A DNA stretch of 64,000 nt from the human T2T-CHM13v2.0 reference genome, Homo sapiens: NCBI RefSeq assembly GCF_009914755.1, contig NC_060932.1; one strand, 5' to 3'. The notes under the pieces were generated by a model that was not told where the DNA came from, searched no databases, and was given only the letters and a program-made list of their open reading frames with translations. Every line of letters starts with the position of its first letter. Position 1 is the stretch's first letter. Shown here one piece after another: positions 27,701 to 43,285 of the stretch. The position numbers and the translations under genes were made by a program.

Positions 27701-30700
27701 CTCTTTCGGGAAAATAAGGATTATCTTTAGGCTATCTGGCTAGAATGGGAAATCCTCATCTCTAATATGACCTTTGTTCAAATGTTGAGACTTAATGAGC
27801 TTTCCTCACTAAAGGTTTTTGCAATCTCATTTTTCTTAAAATTTGTCTAAAAGCAAACAACTTTTCCACTCCTTCAAGGCCCTGTATTTCTGAATTCTAT
27901 CAATTCCTTTTTCTTTCTTCTTCAAAACCACTGATTTTTTTCCTAAATTTATATTTTTCTTGCACTATCTTGCCAAATGTAGCCAACTTTTGCTGAAACT
28001 ACATAGGGGTTCTTTCTAACCACTTTCCTAGAGCTTTTGCTTCAGCAAATTCAGGATTTGCCTTCCAAGTTATCATGATCAATGGTTTTACCAACTTTCT
28101 ACTGAATAAAACATATTGTTCTATATCTGATATATGTCCCTTTAATGGTCACCATATGGCCACTAAACCAATAGTACTTGAAAGTATTACTGTCTTTATT
28201 AGTCAAAGTATGATAAATGCAGAAACAAACGTCTTAATATTGATGGTTTCATAAAATGAAATAATTATTCTTTTCTTACATAATTGTCTTTTCTTACGCA
28301 TTCTCTTCTTACATAATACTGCAGATAAAGGGGTCTCTGTTCCCTGCTCATGTATTTACCCATGCCTCTTCCATCCTATGCTGCTAACATATTTCAACCA
28401 TATAGCCTCCAAGTGCACGTGGAAAAATGAGTGTTGAGGGAGCACACTCACTCTTTACTCTCCAAAAGAGGCAATGTTTCACCTTACCATTGCTGATAGT
28501 TATGTAGCTAACATCAAATGAAAAGAGGCTGGAAAATGACCTTTAACTACTTTTCCAGAAAGTAGCCTTGTTATACACCTAAACAATCATCATTGCAGAG
28601 GAGAAATTCATATTGTTGGGGTCATGCAAAATTTTAATTCTTGTCTTCATATTCATTTTCAACTAAGCAGGTGTTGGGATGGATGAGGATAGGAGCTGGC
28701 TGAGGAGCAGATAGATAATTTTGATAATGCTATTATGAAGATAATTGTGTTGAGAGGATCTACTGGTGAGCATTTTATGATGATTCCAACAGTTCCAACC
28801 ACTGTTTATTAGACATTCTGGTCACCAGTCCAATCTACTTCTATATAATTAACCAATCATCCTGATAAGCTATTACCACTTTTCACATATTAATGTTTAT
28901 GTATATATACACACACACCTCTGTATATCTCTCTTTTCATAAAAACTAGAAAGATAGCTGAAGGGATAGATCAAAATTCTGCCATCTGTGAAAACTGTCA
29001 TTATATACTTTCCATCAGAGTCAATTAGTGGGATCCTAAAGATATCACAGTTTACTTCTAGCTGGCAATAGCTAAAACTATTTTACAAAAGGCTAAAGCC
29101 TTTTGTAAACCAGGCTCATTTTTTGTTGTTGTTCATCTCAGCCAATTAGATATAAAGAACTCACAAAGATGTTATAGCTATAAGTTGTAGCAGAAGTTGG
29201 TACATTGAAAATATAAGTTACTTGTGGATAAAGTCCCATTGGTGATATCTGAATTTATGGCTTAATGGATCAGATATCACCAAATTTAGGAGGGCAAGCT
29301 CAAGTTATTGGGCTACTTAGGTTTCCGTAAAAAAGCATTCAGTCTTTAACATAGATCAAGAATAAACAAAATCCATTTCTATTTCTCAGAAACAGTAGAG
29401 TTAGTTAATGAGGAGGACATGTTTTTTTTTTCTAAAATCCTAAGATCATTGGCTGTTATTCCCCAGTTAAGGCTTGACATGAAAAACAGCCAGCATTACA
29501 ACCTACCAAAAATACATATAGAAACAATCACCTAGTTCATACAAGCATTCCAGCCTGCGACAGCTGATGAGCCTTCTATTTCTATGGAACACATTACAAA
29601 TTGCCAGCCTCAGATAATTTTTGAATGGACAGAGTTTTTAATGAGCATGCTTCCTTTTTAGTGTTATAAAGTACAAGACATAGCATTTGTTTTTAATTTG
29701 AAGAGGATATCCTAACATAGTCTAGACTTCAATCATCATGTATTTACTGAAACGAAGGCTACTGAATTTTTATGGAGCTCATTTCCCATTTTATGCATGC
29801 ATGGATCTTCATTTGGTATCAACGTACTTCTAGTTCCTGATCACTAGGTTTTATCATCTAAATATTATCAATCCAGAAGATCAGAGTGGTATTCGCTAAT
29901 ATGGTGAGATGATTAATGTTTCTAAAGACTAAATTATATATAAAATTAAGGAATAGACACAGGTCTAAAATGATACAGTAAATGCATATTGTTAACTATG
30001 CCAGATGAAAGAAAGCTGCTTTTTCAGCTTTTTTCTTTGGGGATGGGAGGAAGATTTGTTAGATTAATATTACATAGCAAGTACCAGGGCAATGTTGATT
30101 CACTTAAATAATGAAACCATTTGTGGAACTACATCTTCAATTTGTTTCAATACTTATTTAAATATTATTCATCAAGACTATTAGTAGGCTCATTAGGTAA
30201 GTTTTCTTTATATATTATAGGTATAACTCTCCTTGTATTCTTCAAGTCTTTGAGGATGTCATTGATTTGCAGTTTTTCAAGGGCTATAGTACTGTTTTTT
30301 GATATACAACTTTGGTAGAACAATAGAGAAAAAATTCATTTGATGCTTTTTCTAATGGAAGCAATGGATTTGTTGGTCAGGAACCAATGTGAGGATCCTG
30401 CTGATGTTTGAGTGTATCTGTTGAAATTACATATGTTAAGTATCAGGAAATACAAAATGCATTCTGAGATCTGCTAGGCCAACTGAAAGGTAGATTTGGT
30501 CCAAAACTATGCACACTTATTACCAAGTCCCATTAGACTCCACTCTGACTAAAGAAGTAGATTGACCTTCAGATCCCTCTGAGATTACTGTGTGAGCTCA
30601 GAAGATGATACAATAATACCCCCAAATCAAGGTATTTTGTTTCCCTTGGCACACATTTACCCGGATAAATGGTTGAAAGTGCCTTTGGAGAAAGCTAGGA

Positions 30701-30724
30701 GGAAGATTTACAAAATATACCGGG

Positions 30725-32920
30725 GTAATAAACAGAAATAAAGGCCAAAAACTCATGATTATCTCAATAAATACAGAAAAGGCTTTCAATAAAATTCAAG
30801 ATCCCTTCATGTTAAAATCTCTCAATAGAGTAGGTATTGAAGGAACATGCCTCAAAATAAGAACCATCTGTGGTACAAACCCACAGCCAACATTATACTG
30901 AAGGGGCAAAGGCTGGAAGAATTCTCCTTGAAAACCAGCACAAGACAATGATGCCCTCTGTCACCACGTCTACTGAACATAGACTAGAATAGAAGTGCTG
31001 GTCAGAGCAATCAGGCAAGAGAAAGAAATAAAAGGCATTTAAATAGGAAGAGAGGAAGTCAAACTATCTGTTTGTAAATGACAAGATTCTGTATCTAGAA
31101 AACCCCATAATCTCAGTCCAAAATCTCCTTCAGCTGATAAACAGCTTCAGCAAAGTGCAGGACACAAAATCAATGCACAAAAATCCCAGGCATTTCTATA
31201 CACCAACAACAGCAAAACCAAGAGTCTAATTAGGTAATCCCATTCACAATTGCCATAGCAAAAAATAAAATAAAATACCTAGAAATACAGCTAATGAGAG
31301 AGATGAAAAATCTCTAAAATGAAATTTATAGAAAATTGATATAAATTTATAAGTAATTTATAGATTTAATGTTATTCACATCAAACTACAATTGACATTC
31401 TTCAAAGACATAGAAAAAACGATTTTAAAATTCATATAGAGCCAGAAATATGCCTGAATAGCCAAATAAATATTAAGCAAAAAGAACAAAGCTGGAGTCA
31501 TCACGCTACCTAACTTTAAACTATACTACAGGGCTATAGTAACCAAAACAGCATGGTACTGGTACAAGAACAGACACATAGTCAAATGGACAGAACTGAG
31601 AACCCAGAATGAGACTGCACACCTACAACTATCTGATCTTCAACAAATTTGACAGAAACAAGCAATGAATAAAGGATTCCTTTTCGATAAATGATGCTGG
31701 GATAACCGGCAAGCCATATGTCGAAGATTGAAACTGGGTGTCTTCCTTACACCATAAACAAAAATTAACTCAAGATGGATTAAAGACTTAAATGTAAAAC
31801 CCAAAACTATTAGGAAAAAAACCTGGAAGGCAACCTAGGCAATACCATTCAAGACATAGGCACTGACAAAGATTTCATGATGAAGATGCCAAAAGCAATT
31901 GCAACAAATGCAAAAATTGACACGTGAGATCTAATTAAACTAAAGACCTTCTGCACAACAAAAGAAACTATCAACAGGGTAAACAGACAACCCATGGAAT
32001 GGGAGAAAATTTTTGCAAACTATCCATCTGACTAAGGTCTAATTTCTAGTATCTCTAGGGAACTTAAACAAATTTATGAGAAAAAAACAAACAACCCCAT
32101 TAAAATGTGGGCAAAGGATATGAACAGACATTTCTCAGAAGAAGACATACATATGCCCAACAAGCATATAAAAAAGTACTCAAGATCACTGGTCATTAGA
32201 GAAATGCAAATCAAATCCACAATGAGATACCATCTCATACCAGTCAAAATGGCAATTATTAAAAAGTCAGGGAATAACAGAGGCTGGCAAGGTTGTGGAG
32301 AAAAGAGAACTTTTATACACTGTTGGTGAGAATGTAAATTAGTTCAACCATTGTGGAAAGCAATATAGTGATTCCTCAAAGAGCTCAAAGCAGAACTACC
32401 ATTTGACCCAGCAATCCTATTACTGGGTATATACTCAGTGGGATCTAAGGCATTCTACCAAGAAACATGCATGCAAATGTTCATTGCAGCACTGTTCACA
32501 GTAGAGAAAACATGGAATCAACTTAAGAGTCCATAAATGACAGACTGGATAAAGAAAATGTGGTACTTACACACCATGGAATATTATGGAGCCAGAAAAA
32601 TTAATGAGATCGTGCCTTTTGTGGGAACACGGATGGAGCTGGAGGCTATCATTCTTAGCAAATTAATGCAGGAACAGAAAACCAAATACTGCATGTTCTC
32701 ATAAGTGGGAGCTAAATAATAATAACTTATGAACACAAAGAAGTAAACAACAGACACTGGGGTCTACTTGAGTGGGGAGGGTGGGAGGAGGGAGAAGGAC
32801 AAAAAAGATAACTATTAGGGTACTGCCTTAATATCTAGATGATGTAATAAGATGTACAACAAACCCCCATGACATGTGTTTATCTATCAAAACTCCACAT
32901 GTATCCCTGGACCTAAAATA
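30725..32920 (+). mobile_element. 5'-truncated L1PA13-16-like LINE-1 (3' ORF2 plus 3' UTR)
   Basis: Continuous degenerate ORF2 (ORF 32105..32329 [13 protein letters not shown]...HCW), small internal deletion near 31340, older-L1PA 3' UTR, then (TATAGA)/(CA) simple repeat. Confidence 0.9.
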
Positions 32921-33554
32921 AATATATCTATAACTATATAGATATAGATATAGATATACACACACACATACATATTGGTGTGTAGTTTTAGAAATTTTCT
33001 CAAGATTACCAAGCCTCCCATTATTCAAAGGTCTCTGACTCTGTAAACCTAGTCTTGGGAATTAGATAAGGATACATGAATATTTTTATTGTTGTTCTAA
33101 TTCAGGCCTGGAAAGATTTGTTTTTCTTTCTCCAGTTTATATATGAAATTAGAACCTAGTTGACTGGCCTTGTATTTTGATCACAGAGATTTAGTTATCA
33201 ATTGAATTGCCAAATATCCATTTGGGTCAAATGATTCCTATTACCAGTCTGTTCCTTCTGTCTATTATGGTAACCACAGCAATATTCTTTTTAGTAGATA
33301 AGCGCTGTATGTCTATTACAGTAACCTGCATATATTGGTTAAGTGCTATTATTTGGCATCAGCCACTTGGAATACTATCATCCACAGTAGTACTAATGGC
33401 ACCCCTACCCACAAAGAATAGTGAACATATCACTTTCCAAAGAGGCTGGAAAAGCTTTCACATGTAGGTTCTCAAAGATTCGTCAAGGACCTAGTCTCAG
33501 TTAACATATAGTAACTCCATTTAATGTTAATCCGCCTAAGCTTTTTACTTCCTT

Positions 33555-33959
33555 TTTAAATTTGTTATTTTATTTTTAAATTTTATTAAATGTTTAATTC
33601 TGTGGGTACTTAACAAGTGTATATATTTATGAGGTCCATGAGCTATTTTGGTACAGGACTGCAATACATAATAATCACATTAGGGAAAATTGGGTATTCA
33701 TCCCCTCAAGTATTTATCCTTTGTGTTACAAACAATCCAATTATACTCTTATAGCCATCTGAAAATGTGCAATTAAATTATTATTGGCTATAGTCCCCCT
33801 GTTGTGCTATCAAATACTAGGTTTTTTTCATTATTTCTATTTTTTTGTACTCATTAATCATTTCCACCTCCCATCATCCCCCAACTACCCTTCCTAGCCT
33901 CTGGTAACCATCCTATTACCTATCTTCATGAGTTCAATTGTTTTGATTTTTAGATCCCA
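33555..33959 (-). mobile_element. L1MA2-like 3' UTR fragment
   Basis: T-rich tail, then ataataatcacat...catcccctcaagtatttatcctttgtgttacaaacaatccaattatactc. Confidence 0.85.
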
Positions 33960-36900
33960 GAATTTCTGTCAACTTCATTTAGGTGCCATTGAACCATTGC
34001 GTCTTTCAACTAACCAGGTATCACCAGCTGTATGTGTTAAAACGTTAAGGGGAGATTACCTTGTAAATGTGACCATTTCAATGAATTCACTCCAATCTGA
34101 ATTGACTTCTACCTTCCCTAATGAAGCACCTTCAGACTTCATTATGTAAATGTTCCCCCAAATTTGCCAATATAAGTGAGGAAAATATTGTGATTCTTTT
34201 GGTATATAAGTCTTTCCTTCTGAATTTGTGGTTGTAATTTTCCCAATGGGATATAAAGTAATCTGTTTCTAGTTCTAGATCTGAAGGCAATAAGATAATA
34301 AGGTAAAGCTGAAAGAATTGGATCTCTTGCAGGGCAACTTTTTCAGGTTACATCATTATACAGTGTTTAATTAAGGCAGGACAAACCCTATAAGACAGAG
34401 AAGGGCCTGCAGTATTAGCAAAGGAGACTGTAGGATTTGGTGTACTCATAATCATTTGAATTTTATAAAGTATTACCACTCAAGTTTTGGAGTTCCCCAT
34501 ATTTTGTACATTTCCTTGATTCTATTAATTCAATCTATGTTATATTTGAGTAACAGGATCAGATATAACTCTGATTATAAACTCTGTGACTTTGAGAGAA
34601 AAAAAAATTTAAGGTAGACAAAGAAACTTGTTTTCTACTATCAAGTATTTAGCTAAGATTTTGAAACTTTGAGGTTGATATTTTCTTTAAGATTTCCAGT
34701 GCAGTTAGATAGAATCAGGGAACACTGAACTTTATATTCCTTACATCTTTCAGCAGTAGTCTAAAAACAAGTATATTTTTCACCAACACCTTGTTTTTAG
34801 TACATGTGTAAATTCAGTTACTAATTTAACTGCTTAACCACAGTATGCCACAGATTATCAGTCTACCATCATCAAATGCTAAATGGGTCTTCACTAAATT
34901 AAAAGTCAATCAGGTAAAAACAACAATTTCTAGATTCTCAATTTGTTAATATATTAATCTAATACCTTCTTTATTAATATTTGTTCTATCAGTAATATTT
35001 TTGTAGTTTAAGGCAACACAATCCTACATTTCCACCCCAAGTAGTTAATGCAGAGTAAAGATTAACTTAAAGAAATTGGTTAAAATATAAATATTGTTTA
35101 AATTTGTTAAAATAAAACTTGGTTAAATTGGTTAAAAATAGAAATAGGTTAAAATATAACTATTGTTTAAATATAACTATTATGTACCCATAAACATAAA
35201 ACATAAATTGGTTAACTTACAAAATTTATGGAAAGATCAGAGAATCAGGCTTGGATATCATATAGAAAGAATCATAGCAGCAAGTGTAAATTTGCTACCT
35301 TAATTCATGACATTCTAAAAGTTGAGCCACTGTTACAGTTGCCCATCTTCCAGCACTTCTAATATTTTGCCAACTATTCGAGAACAAGTTCTCACCATGA
35401 TGCTTGACAGAATATTCAATAACTTCATTGTCATTGCCTTATATTGCTTACTTCTGCTGTCAAATCTCATAGGGATGCTTCTCCTTAGTGGACCAGGCGG
35501 TCTGCAAACCTTAGCTGCAAGAGTGTCTGAACACATAATTTAGCCTTTTTTGCCTCTATACTGTAGGAAGGCAAGGTCAAAGGGGTTTAAATAGGTTAAA
35601 TAGGTGAGTGAGCCAACGTTTAATGGTTAACATAGCTGAAGAAAGGCATTTCAAGCAGAAGGATTGGAATGGGCAAAAACCTTGAGGTGAAAGAGAGTGC
35701 ATACTACCTAAAAGTAATAAGGCTATGACACTACTCAAGATGCTTCATTTTATAGGAGCTACAGTCAGATGGTTGGAGAAGTGTTTTATACTCTTTTTGG
35801 AGAAGTAAAATGCATACTAATTACTCTGGGAAAATCTTCTGTTAAAAATATCTTTTACAATCTTTTAGTCCAGAGTTTATGAAATTTACTTATCCAGATT
35901 AAACTTGCTTTGCATAATATTTATGAATATGCCACTGAATAGCATCTGTGGAACATGTTTGGGAAACTAGAGGCTAGTTTGAAGACATCAGAAGAATGTT
36001 GATGGCAAAGATGAGACTGGAGATGCTTGTTATCTTGTTCGACTTTTTAAAGGAATTAGAATTTTATACAAATGAAGGGACAATTATTAAGAAATTGTAG
36101 GCATTAGCTTGACACAATATTTAATTTACATCACAGGTACCTGTGTAAAGCAAGTAGCCCAGTTAAGGCATTGTTGTATTACTCCAGAAGAGAAAAGATG
36201 AGGCCGAAATATAAATAATATTAAATATTTTATTGAAAAGTCCTGCAAAGACATTAAAATAAAATTTAAAGGTCCAATGGAAGCTAGTGTGAAGGTAGAA
36301 AACAGCTTGCATTCTTCTGACCAATTCTATTAACCCCTTTCTTGTCCCTCACTATTTCCCTGCCTGCGTTTTGGGGTAGTAACATAGCATATGTATCTGT
36401 CAAAAAGGGTCCACGGGATACCAAATTAGGGAAGCAAAGTCAAGAGCAGTTATGGAACAGGAGAAGAGACCAAAGGGCAGAAATAAAACGTAGGTGTAAA
36501 AGTAAAGTGTCCCCTAAATGTTAATATAAAGTATAATTTTACCTTGATTGTATTTGAAACTTGGTCTTTCAGTGTTTGGCAGTGTTGGGCTGGGTAAAGT
36601 ACAGAATTTGTGCACGTACGTTTCAGAGGGTCAAGAGAGACAGAGACCAAAACAAAATTACCCTTACGAACACTCAAGCCAGTGGTGGTTTGGAAGTGAA
36701 AAAGAAGACACAGAGTAAATAATATCTGATCATATGTTTCCTAGCATGATAAAGCACCTTTAAATATTTACAGTATGTCTATATCTTAATCTTCTTGTTA
36801 TTAGAGTTGCTTAGAACTTCCAAGATTGTTCTTATTATTATGAAAATAATTCAGTTATCAGTGGAATTAGTGTCAGTGGTCCAAAACTTTGCTGAATAAT

Positions 36901-37485
36901 ACAAGAAGCTTATGTATTTCTAAAATAGTGTAATAATAATTTTAAAAAATTAGCTCTGAGCAGGAAATATATTTTAATTTGGCAGGAAAAAGTGATATTG
37001 AACTATTTGGTTATTTTTTTCCTTTGGAAGTTCATTGTCTTGAGATAAACAAATAAAATGCGAAACCTTTAAGTCAATGTTTCATATATCAAATAATAAA
37101 AAATGTGTTGAATTGTATAAAATAATTGATGGAAACTAAAACACCTATGAGTAATATATAATTTTTATTTCTGGCTATAATACTGTTACATTTTCACATC
37201 TTAATGTTTTTTTAAAAAAACTAAAGTCTTCTGGAATAAACCCTAGAGTTAACTGCTTAATTTAATTATTAAATTCTCTATCAAAATTTATAGTCTTACA
37301 AGGTAACACGTTATACCTATTTTCACATTTTAAATATTAAAAAAATTCTGTTATATTTTTCTTGGATAAAGGAGAGGCTCATCCAAAATTAAAATATCTT
37401 TTCAATTTCTATAGCAAATAATTGGGCACATATTGTCCTGAGAGACTAACAAGCAAAATAAATATCATTTAAAAACCTATATAAG

Positions 37486-37837
<352 letters not shown>

Positions 37838-38399
37838 TCAAATAATATAGTTAAAGTACACACACAGGCTAACAGTAGGCCCTTCTGATTTTCTGAAATG
37901 TCACAAAAATTATTTTATTAGAATTATGCAAAGTTTAGCATGATGCTTGGCGATACCTTGCGCCATCTTATCGATAATGGCTTGTCTACTAATGCCAAGA
38001 ATCAGAATAAACCAAGGTGTGTTTTCAACTTTGTTTCTCAGAATAAGTCAGAGAATAACCCTTAGTAAAAATTGTCAGCTGATGGTAGGAATAATCAAGA
38101 TATGCTGTGAAATAGTACATCTCTAGAGATATCTGTGTTAAATGACTTCCAAAATCGATAGGTTAAAGATCTTATTTATGTTATGGGAATGAATTACAGG
38201 ATGAAAATATATTTATATGTATAATTTAACATATATTTTGTAACACTTTAAACCTAATATCTTTCTTGAAGTACAGATTTATATGCTCAGTTATTCAGCA
38301 TCTCTACTTTGAAATCAAATCTTAAAGTAGAAAATGAATAAAGCTCAGTTCCTCAGAGTTTTATTTTAATTTGCTTCTTTTACAATTTTGTTATCATGG

Positions 38400-38640
38400 T
38401 AAATAGATACTCCCTGCTTCACACAATTTAGGACAAAAATCTTGGTGTCATCTTAACTTTTCTCTTGCTTTCATAACCCATACTTAATCCATGAGCAAAT
38501 ACTGTCAGCTCTACTTTCAAAACTATCTAGAATACATCCAGTTTTCCTACCTGCAATTTTATCTGTCTTCTTATTCACTTATAAAGCCTCCTAACTGTTC
38601 TTCTGACATCTGCTCTTGGTCCCTTTGGCTTATTCTAAGC
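38400..38640 (+). mobile_element. L2 fragment
   Basis: aaaaatcttggtgtcatctt...aatactgtcagctctactttcaaaactatctagaat. Confidence 0.55.
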
Positions 38641-38958
38641 AGAATAGTAACAAGAGGTTTTTTTTTGTTTTGTTTTTGTTTTTGTTTTTGTTTTTTTCCC
38701 GGCTGTGAGAGTGTAGCTTGTATAAAACAAATTTCTTGATAAGAAAACTATTAAAGTTATATGAAGTATTTGAAAAAAGAACAATAGTTTTTATTAAATT
38801 GGGAATAGTAAAGAAAATATAATCTTAGAGAGAAGAGAGCTGTATTGAGACTCACCTATGTTCTCCATTGCTTTTTCCTGTTTAAATGTTTTCTGAATTA
38901 AAAGTGGCTAGAAGTTTCCAGCTTCCCATGACATTGTACAAAGCTGTAAAGAATATCA

Positions 38959-39624
<666 letters not shown>

Positions 39625-40700
39625 TCATCAGAAAAATTGGGAATGGGGTACATTGAAACTTCTCTTGATGATCTAGCTCAGAGACAGGGGAGCAGCTGTA
39701 AACAAAGCATAGAATTTTACCTGGAACTTTATTTGATATCCACCCTATGGAAGAAAAAGCTTACGTTGCTTAGGGGACAGAAAACTTTGCTTTCATAATG
39801 GCACAGATGAAGACACATATCAGATGAAGAAAGGGGATACTGATAGCAAGGTACCTCCTACAACTTGAAAGGAGTAAGACATTGTCCTGGGCATGGAACT
39901 TTAGAGATGCCCTATCATTGGCAGAGGGGTAGCATCAGTGGGAAGTCCTTATCCTAGAGTCCTGGGGAAGAATTTTCCTAAAACAGAGGCTGAAACAGAA
40001 TAAGAAAAATCCACTCCCACACTGTATGATGAGTCCAGCACCATCAAATAATTAATAGCAAGACTCTATTGCCAGAGCAAAGGAAAACTGAAGGAGTGAG
40101 AGTGTGTCTTAAACAAAAGCTCACAAAGAGATTAAATATGAAAATAAAGCAGAAATATTAAGAAAAACTTTCTAGCACACAGTCCCCTAGACTAAACATA
40201 CAGTAACACTGGAAGAATTAGAAGCTTATGGTGTATTACAGTAACAACAATGAAAGCACAGTTCAGTTCCTGGCTGTATTGACTCAAATTCTCATTGCCT
40301 CTCACTCCCACAGACAAGCCCTTTTCCAGGCAGAAACACTTTTATTTCATTCTTGAATATTGCAGAGGTTTTGTGATGTCCTAATTTGGCCACACTATAG
40401 CCTCTAGTTATTCAGTAAAACAGTAATCTAAGATTTGTTAAAATATTTTACAAATGTGAATTAAGTACATAATTAGTTGACATGAAATAAGGGAGATAAT
40501 CTCATATAATATTGGTGAGTTTGATTCAATTGGTTGAAAGGACTTAAGAGTTGAAGCTTCCCCGAGAGAAGATTAAATTTAGCCTTTGGACAGCACGTTT
40601 CATCTATGCCTATGAGTTCAATCACACATTTCCTGATGGCCTGTTCTATGGATTTTGGACATTCCTAGCCAGCTCTCTCAATCATATAAGTTGATTTCTT

Positions 40701-43285
40701 TTTTTAATTTTTTAATTTGTATGGATACATTGTAGGTGTATATATTTTTGAAGTCCAGGAGATGTTTTGAGACAGGCATGCAATACATAATAATCACATT
40801 ATGGAGAATGAAGTATCCATCCTCTCAAGCATTAATCCTTTGTGTTATGAATAATCAAATTATATATACCCTTTATTATTTAAAAGGTACAAGTAAGTTA
40901 GTATTGACTGTAGTCCTTGTTGTGCTATCAGACACTAGGTCTTATTCCTTCTTTCTGTGTATTTTGTACCCGTTCCCCATCTCCACCTTGCCCCAGCCTC
41001 CCAGTACCCTTCCCAGCCCCAGGTAACAACCCTTGTACTCTCTATGTCAATGAGTTAAATTGTTTTGATTTTTAGGTCCCACAACTAAGTGAGAACATGA
41101 GATATTTGTCTTTCCGTACCTCGCTTATTTCATGTAACATAGTGATTTCTAGATTCAACAATGTTGCCAATGACTTGGCCTCATTCTTTTTTATGTCTCA
41201 AGAGTACTCCATTGTATATATGTACCACATTTTCTTTATCCATTCAATCATTGATTGACACTTGGGTTGCTTACAAATTTTGGCTGTTGTAAGCAGTGTT
41301 GTAACAAATATGGGAGTGCAGATATCTCTTCAATGTACTGATTTCCTTTCTTTTAGGTCTATACCCAGCAGTGGGATTGCTGGGTCATATGGTAGGTCCA
41401 TTTTCTGCATTTTAAGAACATCCAAACTGTTCTTCACTGGGGGTGTACTAATTTACTTTCCATCAACAATGTAGGAGGATTCCCTTTTCTCCATATCCTC
41501 ACCAGCGTTTGTGATTGCCTGTCTTTTGGATATAAGCCATTTTAACTGACGTGAGAGGACATCTACTTGTAATTTTGATTTGCATTTCTCTGATGATCAG
41601 TGATGTTGGGCACCTTTTCATAAGCCTGATTGCCATTCGTATGTCTTTTTTTGAGAAATGTCTATTCAACTATTTTGCCCATTTTTTGGCCAGATTATTA
41701 TACGTTTTCCTATAGGGTTATTTGAGCTTCTTCTATATTCTGTTATTAATCCCTTGTCAAATAGTTACTTTGCAAATACTTGCTCTCATTGTGTTGGTTG
41801 TCACTTCACATTGTTGATTGTTTCTATCACTGTGCAGAAGCTTTTTAACTTGATATGAGCCCATTTGTTCATTTTTGCTTTCTTTGCCTGTGCTTCTGAG
41901 GTATTACTCAAGAAATTTTTGCCTAGATTGACTTCCTGGAGAGTTTCCTCAAATTTTTTTGGTAGTACTTTCATATTTGAGCTCTTAGATTTAAGTTTTT
42001 AATCCATACTGATTTTTTTTTTTTGGTCTGTGTCAAGAAATAGGGGTCTAGTTTCATGGTTTTGCATATGGATAGCCAATTTTTTCCGGCACCATTTATT
42101 GAAGAAACTCTATTTTCCCCAGTGTATGTTCCTGGAACCTTGGTCAAAAATGAGTTTAAGGCCGAGCACAGTGGCTCAAGCCTGTAATCCCACCACTTTG
42201 GGAGGCCCAGGTGGGTGGATCACCTGAATCAGGAGTTTGAGACCAGCCTGGCCAACATGGTGAAACCCCGTCTCTACTAAAAATACAAAAAGTTAGCCAG
42301 GTATGGTGTCACATGCCTGTAGTCCCAGCTACTCAGGAGGCTGCGGCAGGAGAATCGCTTGAACCCAGGAGCAGGAGCAGGAGGTTGCAGTGAGCCAAGA
42401 TTTCACCACTGCACTCCAGCCTGGGTTACAGAGTAAGACTCCCTGTCCAAAAAAAAAAAAAAAAAAAAAAAAAAGCAGTTTACTGTGGCGTGATGGTGGA
42501 TTTGTTTCTGGGTTTTCTGTTCTGTTCAATTGGTCTATGATTTTGATCAGTGCTTTAGCCTGCTGTGGCTGAGCTGATATTTAAGTTGCAAGACAAAGTC
42601 CTCCCCTCTCTTCTGTCTCCTCTCCTCAAGCATAAGAAAGGGCAGTGGTGATGCCAGCACACCCTTAGCTGCCCCAGCTGTCTCAGTAGGTCACATGATA
42701 CTGCAGTCTACTGGCTCTAACCCAGTTCAGCACTTGGAGTCACCTAAAAGTTGCAGTCCTTGTGACTAGACCACCTTTCAAGTTTATTTAGAGCCCCAGA
42801 GCACTTTAGCCTACAGACATGAGTCTTGTGGGAACTTAAGTTCAGACTTCTGGGATTCGGGATGCTCCTCTGGCCAGGGTTGGTTTCAATGCTCCCTCCA
42901 TTGGTGGACATAAGCTGTGTGGTTTTTTTTTGTTTGTTTGTTTATTTTGTTTGTCTTTCTGCTATAACAGGAGAGCACGGAGGTCAATGCCTCACAGTTG
43001 GTGCACTTCCCCTCCCCCAGCATTCAGAAATGCTATCTGCACCACAGTGCTGCCGCCAGGGATTGGGGGAGTTGTGACGTCAGTTATTGAAGACTGTTTT
43101 TATTACCTCTTCAGTGCCTCTTTCAGTGATACAAAGTTAAAACCAAGTACTATGAGTGCTCACTTGATTTTTTGGTTCCTATGAAGGTGCTATTTTTGTG
43201 TAAATAGTTGTTAAATTGATGTCCTTCTGTGGGGAGAGGAAATCAGTGGATCCTTCTATTCTGCCATCTTGCTCTGCTTCCCCTC
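40701..43285 (-). mobile_element. L1MA2-like element with both termini, a large internal deletion and a 14-bp TSD taagttgatttctt
   Basis: 3' UTR/T tail at 40701, ORF2 3' part to about 42540, then 5' UTR ending gccatcttgctctgcttcccctc (L1 start ...agcaagatggc); TSD at 40687-40700 and 43286-43299. Confidence 0.88.
42160..42475 (+). mobile_element. AluSx-like, nested in the L1MA2
   Basis: Full dimer, small internal (caggag)3 slippage, A tail, degenerate TSD aaaaatgagttta / aaaaagcagttta. Confidence 0.92.

Noticed and set aside
32960-34500. Possible ERVL internal remnants flanking the L1MA2 fragment
   Set aside because: Resemblance too weak to assign without an HMM search
35322-35543. Overlapping sense and antisense ORFs of about 70 aa
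   Set aside because: No recognisable homology; likely chance ORFs in decayed MaLR-like sequence
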